Shown here piece by piece: positions 48,095 to 60,463 of a stretch of 64,000 bases of DNA. A program made the translations under genes and the position numbers. Every line of letters begins with the position of its first letter. The stretch's first letter is position 1. The DNA is taken from positions 5,637,967 to 5,701,966 of the forward strand of contig MU057353.1 of assembly GCA_013239625.1 (NCBI GenBank). Reading direction: 5' to 3'. Below the pieces are notes generated by a model. The model was not told where the DNA came from. It did not search any database and was given only the letters and a program-made list of their open reading frames with translations. Origin of the DNA: Lama guanicoe (Eukaryota).

Positions 48095-48672
48095 ATGTAC
48101 CAGCTATGTACAGCTGCCTAATACATGACCACAAACATAATGGCTTAAAACAACACACACGGATCTCTCTCTCCGTTTCTGTTTGTCAGGACTTTCAGCA
48201 TAGTTAAGCTGTGTACTCGGCTTCAGAGTTGCACCAGGAGAAATCAAGATGTCAGCTGGGCGGCATTCTCATCTGGAGAAGAATCCACTTGCATACTGCC
48301 TCCAGTTGGTGGCAGGAGTCATTCCTACACGGCTAGGAGACTGAGCTTCCTGGTTTTTTCTGCTAGAAGCCTCCCTTAACTCTTACAGGCCTCCCAATAA
48401 TTCTCCTCCATGTGGCCCTCTGCATAAGCAGTTCACAGGTTAGCATCTTACTTTGTCTAAGTCCACAGCAGCGTAAGGCAGAGCCAGCTAGCAAGAGAGT
48501 CTTACAAAACTTTATGTAATCACGGGAGTAACAGCCCACCATCGTCACCATATTCTGTTTGTTGGAAGCAAGTCACATGTCCCACTCAAACTCTAGAGGA
48601 GGGTTTCCCCCAATGATGGGGACACCAGAAGGTAGGAGTCATTGCAGGGCACCTTAAAGTCGGTTCACCATC
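48095..48672 (-). mobile_element. MaLR LTR (MLT1E/F-like)
   Basis: accacaaacataatggcttaaaacaacac...aatcaagatgtcagctggg...tgtaatcacgggagtaacagcccacc...agcaagtcaca. Confidence 0.7.
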
Positions 48673-48944
48673 CTGGATGTCACCATTTGTTTTACTTTGA
48701 CCAATTTAACACATATTAATCACTGTTTTAATTTGCAACTTAATTTGTACTCATTTTGCCTTGAAAATGAAGATAATTTTTCATGGGAAAAAGTGGTCAG
48801 CAATATGAAATGCTGCTCTCCCACGCACACAAAAAATAAGTAACATAGAAAGCTCACAGCTCTAGCAGAAATTAACCACAAATTGCCTGGAGCTCTTTCT
48901 GTGCTGAATTTAAAATGACCTGGCATCCATATAATATCAGGAGA

Positions 48945-49310
48945 TGTAGTATTTCATAATGTTTATGAGAATGCTCTCTGGAGCCAGAATGCCTGAGTTT
49001 GAAGATCGGCTTTACCGTTTTACAAGCTACGAAACTTTGGCCAGCTGCTTAGCCTCTGAGTCTCAGTGTTTCCATCTGTAAAATTGGGATGATGTTAATA
49101 GGTGCTTAAGTTTCCTGAGTACTTTCATGATCCACACTCTCTAAGCACTTCAATGTGAATGAACTTATTTAATTCTCACAGTAACCTTATGAAATAGATA
49201 CTGTGAAGTCTATCACCCTAGGGTATGGTGAGGATTAAATGAGTTAATTTAAGTAAAGGCCATGAAACAGTGCCTAATTTGCACTCAGTAAATGTTAGTT
49301 ATCATTATTC
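48945..49310. mobile_element. MIR (plus) with an oppositely oriented MIR fragment at ~49100-49215
   Basis: ctctggagccagaatgcctgagtttgaa...ctgtaaaattgggat | ctctaagcacttcaatg...tttaattctcacagtaaccttatgaaatagata | gtgaggattaaatgagttaat. Confidence 0.65.
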
Positions 49311-50450
49311 TGCCATACATGGTGCTGTGCTGGTGTTCAGTGCTCTGGGTGACGCCATGAGTATAATAAAATGCTTAACCCACAAGATTCTTGAGACAAT
49401 AAGACATTTACAGGAAAATTCCAAAATCAAGATCCCAGGTATTTTATCAGGCAGCACAGATTAAGTGTCACGTGTTATGCCTGAGCCCAGTGACTCCGCA
49501 AACTTCCCAGATGAGACAAGCCACAAACTCCGATGTTTCACAGAACAGGGAGGATCTGGCTACCCTCCTTTCTAGAGGAAAGCAGGAGTGGGGAATTGCA
49601 AAAGAATGGAACAGCTGGCTCAAAGGCCAAGGAAAAGGAACGGCCGAGGATGGTCTCTGACAGAGAAGTAAACCTTAGAACCCCGGTAGAGGAGCCCCGT
49701 GTCAGGACGGGGGCAAGGCAAGGCTGGCCAGGAGAGACGACACCAGAGTATGGGTGGCCTTGAGGTACCGCCTTAACCTGTGACTGTCCCTTCCTCTAGA
49801 CAGCTTTCTTATTATTTGTCATAGTGAAAGCTTTATTTCAATGAGAACATCAAATTCAATGTTCAACTTCCCTTCTGCACAAGGAAGGAAACAACTGAAC
49901 GCCCCCAAGCCTTCCCTGACTCACTTACCACCCGTCTAACCGGCAAGACACACCTCATACAAAATGCCTCCCCGCACATTTATCACCTCCGGGAATATCC
50001 ACTATCATTTGTCACATAAGACATAGTACTGAGCACTGTTAGGCAGCGATCAAGTGTACAGGTTGTGACTTTCAGTAAGAAAACAGGCTCCCAGCTTGGC
50101 AGGGACTATGATTGACAGCATTACTGTTTACCGAGCATCTAGTGCATTCCTGGCATTATGCTGATGTGTTCACACCGCTTGTGCACTTAATCCAAATTGG
50201 CACCATCTACCTAACTCCAGAAGCAAGCTGGACTCCTATGCTGCTTAGACCTGTTTGTGCTGAAGAAACATACGTATTCTCATCTGGCTGATTTATCAAA
50301 AATTATGAGCACAAAAATCCAACCACACAACTCAAAGTTCTTTGTACCCCACCAACAGACAACAGCACCCCACTCCCGAGACCCCAGTGATTTGAAATGA
50401 GATGCGTGTTGGACACAGTAGAGGTATGAATGGGACAGAACGGATGCCAT

Positions 50451-50611
50451 CCCAAAAGCCAGAAGACGTGATGCTGCCACCCAGGTTTTAAGCCTTGTCC
50501 TGGTGGCTTGTCACACACGCCCGACAACAGCGATAATCAATACTGTTTCGAGTATTTCCTATGGCCACACACTCATCTGGGCACATCTGTTAATTCATTT
50601 AATCCTCACAA
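50451..50611 (+). repeat. Local duplication, copy B (runs into a MIR that continues to ~50690)
   Basis: Paralog of 46755-46920, more diverged than the A/A' pair. Confidence 0.9.
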
Positions 50612-51711
50612 CAACTATAGGAGGTAAGTACTATTATCAACTTCATTTTAAATATAAAAAAACTTGTCCTCTGTCGAGCTAAAAAGTTTCCCTTGGGCTC
50701 AATCTTTCCCCTTGTGAGTTTTGACATGTTACTGGTTTCTCTCCACTCCTCGATCCTAGCCCTTTGGGTACTGAGAGTCAAATTAGAGAAAGAAGTGTTT
50801 TGCTTTCTCAGGACTTTTATGTATAATAAACATACTCATCCTGTTTATCAAACGTATTCAAATAGCATGGCTAGTAACTAGCTTCCAAACATAAGGAGTA
50901 TCACCTAACTCTGTACCCCGGCTTATAAATGTGCAAAATGTCAATGTGATTCTGTTTTCTACCTACAGTGAGATTGCTAGTCTAAAGCTAGACAGTGACC
51001 CTAAAAGGGTTAAGAGATTTCAAGTTCTTGACATGCATAAAGATTAACCACCTAGAATCCTTGCCAAATGGAAAAACTTCTTTCTCCTGCTACCATCACT
51101 ATATTACAGGAAACCTTCTCAGCTCTCCTTTATCTGGGTCCTTCTGCCTCTCCGCTCCCGGATAATAATTAGTTCTAGTGACGAGAGATGGCTTTTGGTG
51201 CTATTTGTGCTCGTGAAGATGGGCAGCTGCGGAAAACAGGCAAAGGCCGGGGGGGTGTGGCAGTTGAAGGACAGATGAATGTCTGTGTCACGGCACAGCA
51301 GGGAACAGAAATCCAAGCAGTCAAGGGAAGGGCTTGAAGATGAGTTCTAGCAGGACAGACCCTCCCCTCCTGCCACTCAGGGCCCTGAGGACTCTCAGCG
51401 GCAGCAATGAAAGACAGCCAGGGGTAAAACGTTCTGGAAACAAGCTGACTAAGAAGGGGTATTAACTCTAGAGGAAAACATCCACTGGGGCTGCTGGAAC
51501 TCTAGAAAGTTGTTAACAGACAACTTCACTCCCCTTTCTAAATTCTCGAGCTGTCATTAGGTACGTGTGGACCAAAGGCCTTGCCGAGAATGTTAAAAAA
51601 AAAAAATTCATCGTGTTTCTTTAGAAAGAAATACTCCTTCCTATTTTGATAGCTCTTCTGTACTAAAGCCGCAAGCTGTCAGGATGCCAACTATCTTTCT
51701 TCGTAGCTTAC

Positions 51712-51735
51712 CGATATGTTATGAGAGAGACATTG
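51712..51735 (-). other. Candidate 24-nt microexon, unverified
   Basis: Minus strand: ctcacctttacttcactgctattttcag|CAATGTCTCTCTCATAACATATCG|gtaagc. Confidence 0.3.
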
Positions 51736-54259
51736 CTGAAAATAGCAGTGAAGTAAAGGTGAGCCTGAGACTTAGAAATAACACCGGGCCCTCCATCACT
51801 TGTGTTACTTCCTAAGAGACAGCTCTGCTGAGGCTTAGCTCTTTCACTTAGAGACTTCTATGATTTGAATGATCTGAACTTTGTATTGTTTCTTAAAAAG
51901 ATATAAGAGTTGTACCCCAGGGGCTTTAAGTGGGTCGAAAAATGTTTAGGATTCAAAGTTCAATACAATGATGCCCATTTTAAAGATATCAAAACTGAGG
52001 CTCAGATTGTTTTAAGAAGTTCCCCCTAATGTAACTGAGTTAATGTGAAGGTCGGAATCTTTGACTGAAACTTGTCTTGAGTTCCAAAGTGCATGTCCCT
52101 TTTGCCAGCGTATTCTGCAGAAAAGTAGAAACAGGTCCCAAAGATGGCAATGAAAAAATAACTAAAGGGATAGATAATTGGGTTTCATGAGGAATTCTTT
52201 AAGAATCTGATGGTACTCTTGACCATAAAAAAATAGAGAACAACATACACTTCTATATATACCCAGTAACTAAAACAGAGGACATTGTTTTAAGGTACAA
52301 GAAAACAAAGAAACACTTTAACATATAATAAACACACACCTACCATCTGAGTGTAGAAGCCCTGGAGAAAGGACCACGTACAGTGTCTGTTACTGGAGCA
52401 CGTCCAGTGAAATGTGGACACATTCCCCCTTGAACCTGTCCTAAGAGACACAGCTGGAGCAGATGCTCTCCCATGGTCCTTTGTGCTTTATGATCCCATG
52501 ATTCTATTATGCAGTATTTTGCACCCGAAATCAAGTCCACAGCGGCTTATGATCTCTCCATTTGTGCCTGGTGGTAAGGTAGAGAGTATGTAGCATAAAA
52601 TCGCTTGCCTGTTACATTCAGTTAATATTAATACTGTATAATGAAATAGGATATGTTGATCCTATTTTGATTTAGGAGCTCTAGAAATGAAATAAGGTGT
52701 GCTCAAGCAGGGTTGGTGAAACTATTTTTCTCCTAAATGCCAGAGTTAAGAAAGAGCCCATTTAGACACAGTCAAACCTTCTCCCAAGCCTCACATCCAA
52801 AGTCAAAGATGAATGGCATAATAGTTTAACGAACCAAGATTTCTCTCAAGTCATAGGTCACCATGGGTGAAAGACAAAAATATTTCATTTCCTATAAATA
52901 TCTTCAAGACCCCATTTTTACAGTATTTCCCCCCCAAGTCAGCTCTATCAAACTGCATGAGTTTGTAGCTGAACTTCCGTCACTCCTTCAGTTCGCTTAA
53001 TCTGTTGACAGGATGGCTTTTGCCTTTCAAAGTTCAGAGTTCACTCTTCCAGCTAGGCTGCTCACCTGCCCAAAGATTTCTCTTTCCCATAAAGCCCGTA
53101 AGACTCAGCAACACGTTCACAGGCCATGGGATCCGAGGCTCATTGACTCTGAGGACAACATCCACCATTTATTCAAGAACAAAGGAGAGAGAAAATCAAA
53201 AGCTCAACTAGACGAAAAGAGTGGCCAATCTCAGCTCATTTATGCTTCATAACATAAATGTATTTGGAAACAGAATCTAAAGCATGTGACAAAAATACGA
53301 TGTGAGGGCTTTGAGGAAATAAGGTGACTTGACCTGCAGGACTGGACGCAGAACTAAGGGCAACCGGCCCCGCCCTGGCAGAACACCTGCGCCTACCTGC
53401 CCTGAAAGGAACAATTCTCATGAGTGAAATCCAGATAGGATCTCTTGAAAAGTGAGACTGACAAAACTGAAAGGAATCACGGAACACATAGCCATAAACC
53501 CTAAAGGAGAGCAGACAGCAGCACTGAGACCTCACGCCTGGCTGGGAGCGCTCAGCACGGGCAGGAAGTGAGAAGAGGAGGGACCTAGGAACCGGCTTTG
53601 AAGAAATTCACTAGCAAAGATTTCTAAAACTAATGCTGTATAAAATAAGGAATCATTCTAGCACTGAAGAAGAGGAATGAGAGCACACTTGGGAAAAATC
53701 TTTCTTCCAGGAAACGAGATCACACTTGAGTCACCATCTAACACTTTCATCAAATAAAAGCACACAAACTCGACAGGAAAAGAAAATACCAGCACATTAT
53801 CTTAAATAGTATTAGAACTAATAAAGAACAAAACAAGTACAGCAGAAACTGAATCCCTGAGGCTTCTCAACTGGCATTCCTGTGGAAGATACCAGCACAA
53901 TCATAACAAAACTAATATGCAAAAGTACAAGAAAAGACAGCTTTCTCGAGTGAAGTAAGACTTCAGCTTTAAAAACTGAAAGGGCAAAATTAGAGAAAAC
54001 AGATGAACACCTACACATACCCTGATTAAGTTTGTGAATTTTAAGTCCACTCAATCTTCCAATCAACTAATCATAAACAAAGAACAAATCAACAAAACAG
54101 ATTCCTTACAGAGAAAGGCAAATAATGCTGGATCCAGGCTTGTTGACTTAGACTTTGATAATGTATGTATTTATACACATGCATACATATTAACCACCAC
54201 CCCCATCAACAACTATAATCTATTAAATATATCATCTTAAAAAGCCTCAGTAAAGTACC

Positions 54260-55550
54260 AGCAACTCCAAGGCATCAAATAGTCAGTGATTTCAGGAGCT
54301 AAAGCAAGCACTTCAACCCTTAAACCTCCATTACCTCCTGCCTCACTGTACTTTTAAAAGAAAACTGGGCCCTTCAGACAGGAACTCTCTTAACTTACTA
54401 CCCCTCCCACCTCCGCTTTGAACTTTTTCCTTAACCGACCTTTGCTTGACCCTTCCAGATACAATGCGAAAGGTATTCTTCTCTTATCTTCCATTGAACA
54501 CTTGAACTTTCAACTGCTGCTTACTACTTACTCTCTACTAGCTCTTTCCTAACATTTATAGATGCAAATTCTCTTTTCATTCTAAAAACATACCGATGGA
54601 TGGACCTAGAGATTGTCATTCGAAGTGAAGCCAGAAAGAGAAAGAAAAATACCATATATCACTCATATGTGAAATCTAAAAAACAGACAGACACTATGAA
54701 CTCATCTACTAAACAGAAACAGACTTGCAGACACATAGTCAACAATTTTATGGTTACCGGGGTAAGGGGGTGGGGAGGGATAAATTTGCGAGTTTGAGAT
54801 CTACAAATCTTAGCCACTATATATAAAAATAGATTTTAAAAAAGTTTCTCCTGTATAGCACAGGGAACTATGTTCAATATCTTGTAATAACCTTTAATAA
54901 AAAATGTGAAAACGAATATATGTATGTATATGCATGACTGGGACATTGTGCTGCACACCAGAAATTGACACATTGTAACTGACTGTACTTCAATAAAAAA
55001 ATAAAATAAAACAAATAAAATATATACATACCAAAACAAACAAGAAAAGCTTCTTCCAATCCTAGTTCCTTCTCCCTTAACCATTTTAGTCCTTTACTTC
55101 CAAATTTCTTGAAATTGCCATCTGTATTGGCTATCTCCAGCTCCCCATCTTTCCCAGCCCACCACTGGCTTGAAACATCTTTTCACCAAGATTAGCGACT
55201 TCCTAGTGAAACCAGTGAGAACATCACAGTCTTGTCTTACCTGACCGCTCAGCCACAGGCTGATTGACTCCGGCTGTCTTCTAGAAAGACTTTCTTCCCT
55301 TGCTGTCCACCATAACACACACTCCTGAGTTTCTTCCAACTTCTCTGGGAATGAATTCTCGATCTTTATTGCCAGATTCACTCCTCTAATCTATTCCTTA
55401 AATGTTAGTCTGTCTAGTTTCTCACCTAGGTCCTTTTCTCACTCTCCACTGCCTAAGCATGAGCTCATCCGTTCCCTGGTCTAGATGATGACTCCTAAAT
55501 CGATCCAACTATCCATTAGACACGTTTATATGTACATTCTATAGGTGTCT
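54260..55550 (+). mobile_element. LINE-2 remnant interrupted by a young L1
   Basis: ttcaccaagattagcgacttcctagtg, cactcctgagtttcttccaacttctctgg, gatgactcctaaat. Confidence 0.6.
54595..55025 (+). mobile_element. Young 5'-truncated L1 (camelid-type 3'UTR)
   Basis: atggatggacctagagattgtcatt...ggggagggataaattt...tgtatagcacagggaactatgttcaatatcttg...gactgtacttcaat plus A-rich tail; ACATACC flanks both ends (54588-54594 / 55026-55032). Confidence 0.9.
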
Positions 55551-55559
55551 CAAAGAGTT

Positions 55560-58500
55560 AATATTTTACATCCATTAGCCCTTTGTGTATTATTCTATAT
55601 ATATATTGCTTTCTTCATTTACTATTTTTTCAAATGTGAATCAGTGTACACATTTTAAGTACCCTGAAACTTCCTACTTAATATGCAAAACACCTTACAA
55701 TGTCATTAAATATTATACAGCTTACTTTTAAAATTTATTACTGAATACATTAATTGCATATATAACATATATAGACTTCAAAGGCGAGGAAAGAACAAAA
55801 AAATGTTAGGAAAGCACTTATGTGTCCTACAGGAAAATAAACTGCAATGTAATCCCCAAATGGAATATTACAGAGACGTCAAAGTGAATGAAGTATAGCT
55901 ATATCCAACAATATGGAAAACCTCAGTGAAACCATACTGAACATTAGCAGCAGAGTATTACAGGGGGAAAATTTGAGTCCCAGAACAAGAATTCCCCATT
56001 TATAAAGTAAAAACAGTACCTATATACTTTTGAATAACATGTATGTATTGTGTTTGTGTATGCATACACATATAAACACGTGTGGACAGGCAGACACAGA
56101 CAGATTTAAAGAGCAAGGGATGAATACCAGAAGAGTCAGAACAGGTATTATCTCAGGTAGGCGCGGGCACAGGGATAGGATGGAGCAGCAAGTGTGGAAG
56201 TTACTGTCAACATTCTTCTAATTCTTGTGTTGAGTGATTAGTTCATAGGTATTATGCAATTCAAAAACAGCTATCTGTACACACGCATGGGTCAATGAGA
56301 TCTTTTCATGAACCAGTTAATATGATTTATTCAACTCTGTGTACCTGAGATCCAAAAAGAAATGATACATCCATGAAAACACAGAATATTACCAGAACCT
56401 TTGAAGCCTCCTGTGTACCTGACAAGATCACATTCCCCTCCCTCCTTCATGGTTCTAAGTTTCATGTTAATCACCCCCTCACTTGTGTTTTTTCCTAAAT
56501 ATGTATGTATTGCTAAATTATTAATCAGTTTTATCTTTTTAACTTTTATAGAAATTAAATCATACTGAATATATTCTTATATGAGGATTATCCTCAATAT
56601 TTTCAGATACATATGAGTTAATTTAATTGTTTGCTATTGTTATGAGGCATCCCACCATATGACTATAAGATACACCCATTCTAGTCTTCGTGGACATCTG
56701 GCTTGTTTGTAGTTGAAGGCTTCTACTAACAATCGTTTTGAACATTCTCTCCATGTCTCTGGCAGCACATGTACTAGAGTTTCTGTAGGAAATTTTCTAT
56801 CTATATGGAATCTAGAGCACATAAAATTTGCTCATCTTCATCTATAACAGGATTTTCTGAAGTTGCTTTACCAATTTATATTCTCACCAGCTTGACTTTA
56901 TGATGCTCCACATCCTTTATCTTTAGTTACTGATAACATTGAAGGTGTCTATATATTCTAAATACATATCCTTTATCAGTTTTGTGTTATGTTATTTTCC
57001 CCAAGTTTGTGGTTTCTTTTCAAAGTAGAAAGTCTTAATTTAAATGTAATCAAATTTACCAAACATTGGAGCTTAAGATATCTTTCCATGAACCAAGAGA
57101 AATGTAGAACAGATTTTAAAATGCACAATGAAACACAAAGTGGCAAACTGAAAACTAAAATACACATGAAGGTTAAAGTTCTTTGAAAAGCAGTAACTAT
57201 ATAATTCTCAACAATGGAATCTGTATTGCATTAATATATCTAAACTATTTTCACTTGCTACTACAAACTTTAATGATCCTGAGAAATCCTGGTTTAAATC
57301 AAGAAATTAAATTTTTAATTTAATCAATTTAAATTAGATGATGTGTCTTGTGGCTACCGTATTAAACAGTGTAGTCCTTTGTTTTTATTCAAGTTTTATT
57401 TTAACATAATGCCTTTGAGAATTGTCTTAAATCCAACTAGAATAGATTTTTGTACATCATGTCAGAACAAATTTCAATTTCTCATAGGGATAAAAAACGT
57501 TTCCTAACCATCTTCCTATCAGAATACAAATAGAAGAATGTATAGGTAGCAGATAGATAGATGTATGTGACTGCTTGAGGCCAGAGGCAACTTCAGAAAA
57601 CCCTGTCACACATGATGTGGCTAGGATGTATCATTTTCATGATACTTATGCACAAGGCCTAGTTGTTACTTATAAGCAGTTAACAAATATTAAGTAATTT
57701 TCACACTAGTACTATCACTAGCCATATTTTCCACCTGGGGAACCATGGCAAAAAGATTATGTCCAAGGGCATTAGACAGTAGGTACCAGAACCAGGACTT
57801 GGATCCAGGGAATTTGGCATCAAAGCTCACGCTCTTAAACGACCATATACTGACTCAGCAAATAGGGCTTTTTTCTTCCATTCTACACTATATACATTTA
57901 ATTTCTTTAAACTTCCTTTTACTGTCTTATTGCACTGCCTCAGGCTTCCAGTCACTGCATGGTTAAAGCGGCACTGCTTATACTCTGTCTTATTCCAGAT
58001 TTTAAAGGGAGTAATTTTAGTACAATATACGCTTCATTTCTGTCAATTTATTTTATCAAGTAAAGGAGGTCCCTTCTATTTCTTGCTTGCTAAAATTTTC
58101 ATCATGAATTCTGAAATTCATGAAATTGAAATTTTAATCAAAAGCTTTTTCTGCATATGCTGACATCATAGCTTTTTCACCTTTAATCTCTTAATACAAT
58201 GAATCATTTTTCTAATGTTGAAGCAACTTTGCATTCTTGGAATGAATAGAATCTTGTCATGACATTACATATACACAGATATGCATAAATTCTATGTCAC
58301 ATCATTCTATGTCACATATGGTATTTATATGGTGAGAGAGAATATGGATCTGGTTTATAATTTAAGTATTTTAGTATTACTTTTCAGGACCAAGACCAGC
58401 ATATAATTTTCTTTTTCTACTACCTTTATCTGCTTTTTCTATCAATGTACATGGGCCTAATTAAATCAGTTGGAGAATACCCTTTCCTATACTGTCAAAG

Positions 58501-59620
58501 TATGTAAGATTAAAAGTATCTATGTATTTTTGGTAGAATATTTTTAACGAAATACTCTTAAATCTGTGTCTGCATGAAAATAATGTCTGCCCTTATTTTT
58601 AAGTGATAATTTCTGAGTATGTAATTCTTGGCTTTCTCTGGATTCCATCCTTGCAGTTGGTATCTCAGCTCTAATTGTCAGTCTTTCGTAGGTGACTTTT
58701 ATATTCTCTCTGGTTGCTTATTAGTATCATTTCTTTGGTTTGGTTCCTTAGTTTATCTCGAAGTTTGCTAAGGTGTGAGTTTAATCTGATTTAGTCTTTT
58801 TGAGATTTGTTAAGAGATCCTCTGTCTGAAGATTAGTTTCCTTCATCAATTTTGGAAAATACTCAGCTATTAACTCATTGAAAATGTCCTCTCTTCCAAT
58901 CTTATCAAACGCTAGCATTTTGACTAGATGCAGGTTAGTCCTAAGTTTGTCTGCACTATTCTTAACATACATTCTACATTTTCCATCTCAGTTTCCGTCC
59001 TGAATTCTGAGTAATTTCAGATAGAGTCAAGTTTACCAGTTCTCTTCAGCTATGTTTATATTCTTTTTAAACCATACATCAAGTTTTAATTTAAACTATT
59101 TCTTAGGTCTAGATCTATTTTTACCCTTTGTCAAATTTCACTAATCAAATGGTATTTTACTTCTTAGCCATATTGTCAATACCTTCTTCTCTCAACATGT
59201 TAAATATACTGATTTTATATAATTTTTCTGATAATTACAGTGTTTATTGTCTTGGCAGTTTGGTTTAAATTCAGGAATTTGTTGTTTCTGTTGATACTCT
59301 CAAGGATTTCTGTTTGTTGACGTATCTTTTATGAGTTTTGAGTATGAACTTAGTATTGGGTATGCAGAAGAAACAATGATTCAGTATTAGGAATCAAGTT
59401 AGAGGAATTTATCTGATAGGTCAGATGAGATAAAATATATAATCACCTTGATAGACGCTGAAAGGTATTTTATAACATTTGTCACCCATTCAGATTTCTT
59501 ACTTTTAAGGAAAGAGTAAACTAAGGATAGGATACAGCCCTAAATAATGTGCATCTTAAAATATCAGACACTTAATGATATAGTGGTGTTGTATGCATTA
59601 AAACCTTAAAAGTATTGTTT
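55560..59620. mobile_element. Patchwork of ancient L1 (L1ME/L1M5-like) fragments, mostly minus strand, with small MER3/MER33-like (~57290-57375) and MIR (~57660-57845) pieces
   Basis: tggacatctggcttgtttgtagtt, tttaccaatttatattctcaccagc, caactttgcattcttggaatgaat; antisense ORF1-like remnant EDIFNELIAEYFPKLMKETNLQTE; gtggctaccgtattaaacagtg. Confidence 0.55.
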
Positions 59621-60265
59621 CAAAAGGTGTCTGTTGCAGATTTAGGGAAATGGGTTTTCCAGAATGGTGAGAAGCTAGAAAAAGGTTCTTCTTAGGGACT
59701 TAGGAACATAAACTCTACTTTTCTCCCCGGGTCAGGATGTGACCTTACTGGTACTAAGTTTGGGCCAAGATCTAAGAAAGCCTAATGCAAACATCTCCTT
59801 AAATGGAAAGGCTAAGCAAAGAGATGTGTACATTCCTCTTACGTAGTGATGTGCGCAGTGAATATAGAAGAACTGTAAGATGGCTTAGTATTAAGCTTTT
59901 CTCATCTGGTAAGTCTCCACCTTTTGCAGATAGTGTTATCAGCTGGGTGCTGCTCATTAGGAGACGGAGGGATGCTGCACTGTTCTGTTACATCTGTTAG
60001 GATTTTGTGCTGTTGGCTAAATTAATCTGGAAGTTACAGTAAACTAGGAATGTGTATGTTGGCCTTTTCCAATCAATCAAAATGTACTTCTGAAAGCACA
60101 TAAGAGGACACAACGCCAAGGGCTGATGGATTGAGTCCAAAAAAAGTACTATGACCAAAATGTAAAATATGTATTTAAACACATCCTCTTCTTGGAAATT
60201 TACAACGCATGGTGGATAATTAAAGGCTCTGTGAATTCCAACAATAAAGAACTGCTTGGTACAGA

Positions 60266-60463
60266 TAAGGGGTAGCAAACTTTTTTTCTGTAAGGGCCAG
60301 ACAGTAAACACTTTAGACTTAGCGGGCCATACAGTCTCTGTCGAATCTACTCAACTCTGCAGTTTAATACAAAGCAGCCATAGAAAATAATTAGCGTGGC
60401 TGCGTTTCAATAAAACTTTATAAACACAGGCAGAGGGCTGGATGTGACCCACATGCCAGTTTG
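60266..60463 (+). mobile_element. MER58A-like hAT MITE
   Basis: gcaaactttttttctgtaagggccagacagtaaacactttagacttagcgggccatacagtctctgtcg...aaagcagccataga...caataaaacttta. Confidence 0.8.
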
